Source of the DNA: Candidatus Omnitrophota bacterium | GTDB lineage: Bacteria; Omnitrophota; Gorgyraeia; Zapsychrales; Zapsychraceae | Assembly (NCBI GenBank): GCA_029568545.1 | Contig: JAKQAH010000005.1 | Span: forward strand, 1 to 45,718 | Length of the DNA stretch: 45,718 nucleotides | Direction of reading: 5' to 3' | Shown here: positions 45,044 to 45,718 of the stretch, piece after piece | Numbering within the stretch: the stretch's first letter is position 1 | Layout of the letters: the number at the start of each line of letters is the position of its first letter | Translations under genes and position numbers: made by a program | The notes under the pieces: model-generated | Database searches by the model: none | What the model was told of the DNA's origin: nothing | Seen by the model: the letters and a program-made list of their open reading frames with translations, nothing else

Positions 45044-45718
45044 TTATTTTTTTATCAAATGGATAATCCGATCCAAATCGTCCAGAGAATAATATTCGAT
45101 GACGATCTTGCCTCTTTTCTTTTGATGGATGAGCCGCACTTTGGTCCCAAGAGTTTTTTGCAAATCTTCCTCAAGGGCAATCACGTCCCGGTCTTTCGGC
45201 GTCTGCGCCTTGATTTTTCTTGCTCCTTTTTTGGAAGAGGACTGAATAAGATTTTCCAGCTCCCGGACTGAAATCCCTTTTTTGATCACGAGGGCAAAAA
45301 GTCTGTCTCTTTCCGTCGGCATCTCGACGCCTAACAGGGCGCGCGCGTGCCCGACAGAGATATCTCCCTTATAAATGCTTTTTCGGATATCCGCGGGAAG
45401 GTTCAAAACGCGCAGGAGATTACTGATTGTTGACCTGTCTTTTCCGACGGACTGCGCGATCTTTTCCTGGGTATATCCAAACTCTTCGATCAGCTTCCGG
45501 TAGCCTTCGGCTTCTTCGATAGGATTGAGCTCCTCTCTCTGGATATTTTCAATAAGGGCAATAATAAAAGCTTCCTGGTCCGTAACATCTTTTATGATGA
45601 CCGGAACTTTTTCGAGGCCCAAAGCCTGCGCGGCTTTCAGTCGCCTCTCGCCGGCAATAACCTCATACTGGTCTCCCTTTTTTCTTACAAGAATGGGCTG
45701 AAGCACCCCTTTTTCTTT
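45044..45718 (-). CDS. parB: ParB/Spo0J partition protein, C-terminal 224 codons (5' end beyond the right edge)
   Basis: LQPILVRKKGDQYEVIAGERRLKAA ParB box and the HTH region SVGKDRSTISNLLRVL. The reading frame stays open to position 45718. Confidence 0.9.
   Translation of the reverse strand, partial: KEKGVLQPILVRKKGDQYEVIAGERRLKAAQALGLEKVPVIIKDVTDQEAFIIALIENIQREELNPIEEAEGYRKLIEEFGYTQEKIAQSVGKDRSTISNLLRVLNLPADIRKSIYKGDISVGHARALLGVEMPTERDRLFALVIKKGISVRELENLIQSSSKKGARKIKAQTPKDRDVIALEEDLQKTLGTKVRLIHQKKRGKIVIEYYSLDDLDRIIHLIKK

Overview
Ordinary bacterial chromosomal window with densely packed core genes. All CDS are on the minus strand except three small plus-strand genes. I see no mobile element, CRISPR array, rRNA or defence island. 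Gene order along the minus strand, from high to low coordinates, is as follows. (1) parB(partial)-yicC-gmk-rpoZ-coaC, then tRNA-Cys/Leu/Val, then thrS-infC-rpmI-rplT-pheS-pheT. (2) A 6S-RNA candidate, then 5-formyl-THF cyclo-ligase, rny, ymdB, a PilZ protein, gltX, a small lipoprotein and tRNA-Gln. (3) A REC-EAL phosphodiesterase, a PG-binding lipoprotein and nqrABCDEF. (4) A large nitrogen block: a GAF-GAF-ANTAR regulator, amtB-glnB, type III glutamine synthetase glnN, a stand-alone amidotransferase, nadE, gdhA and gltBD. (5) glpK-glpD and carAB(partial). The most interesting content is regulatory RNA, not a new protein system. The amtB and glnN leaders carry three promoter-proximal intrinsic terminators. 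Each is preceded by a small hexaloop hairpin (loop A1/G4) that overlaps the terminator 5' arm, which is the published ANTAR substrate architecture. They sit next to a receiver-less GAF-GAF-ANTAR protein. Other items worth a look: a 6S-like RNA in the classic position upstream of the cyclo-ligase, an NqrM-like small Cys-rich ORF missed by a 60-aa cutoff, an entericidin-like lipoprotein, terminator-containing leaders at glpK, pheS and the amidotransferase operon, an AUU-start infC, and tRNAs abutting thrS. All calls rest on reading the sequence and recalled family motifs. No database search or folding program was run.
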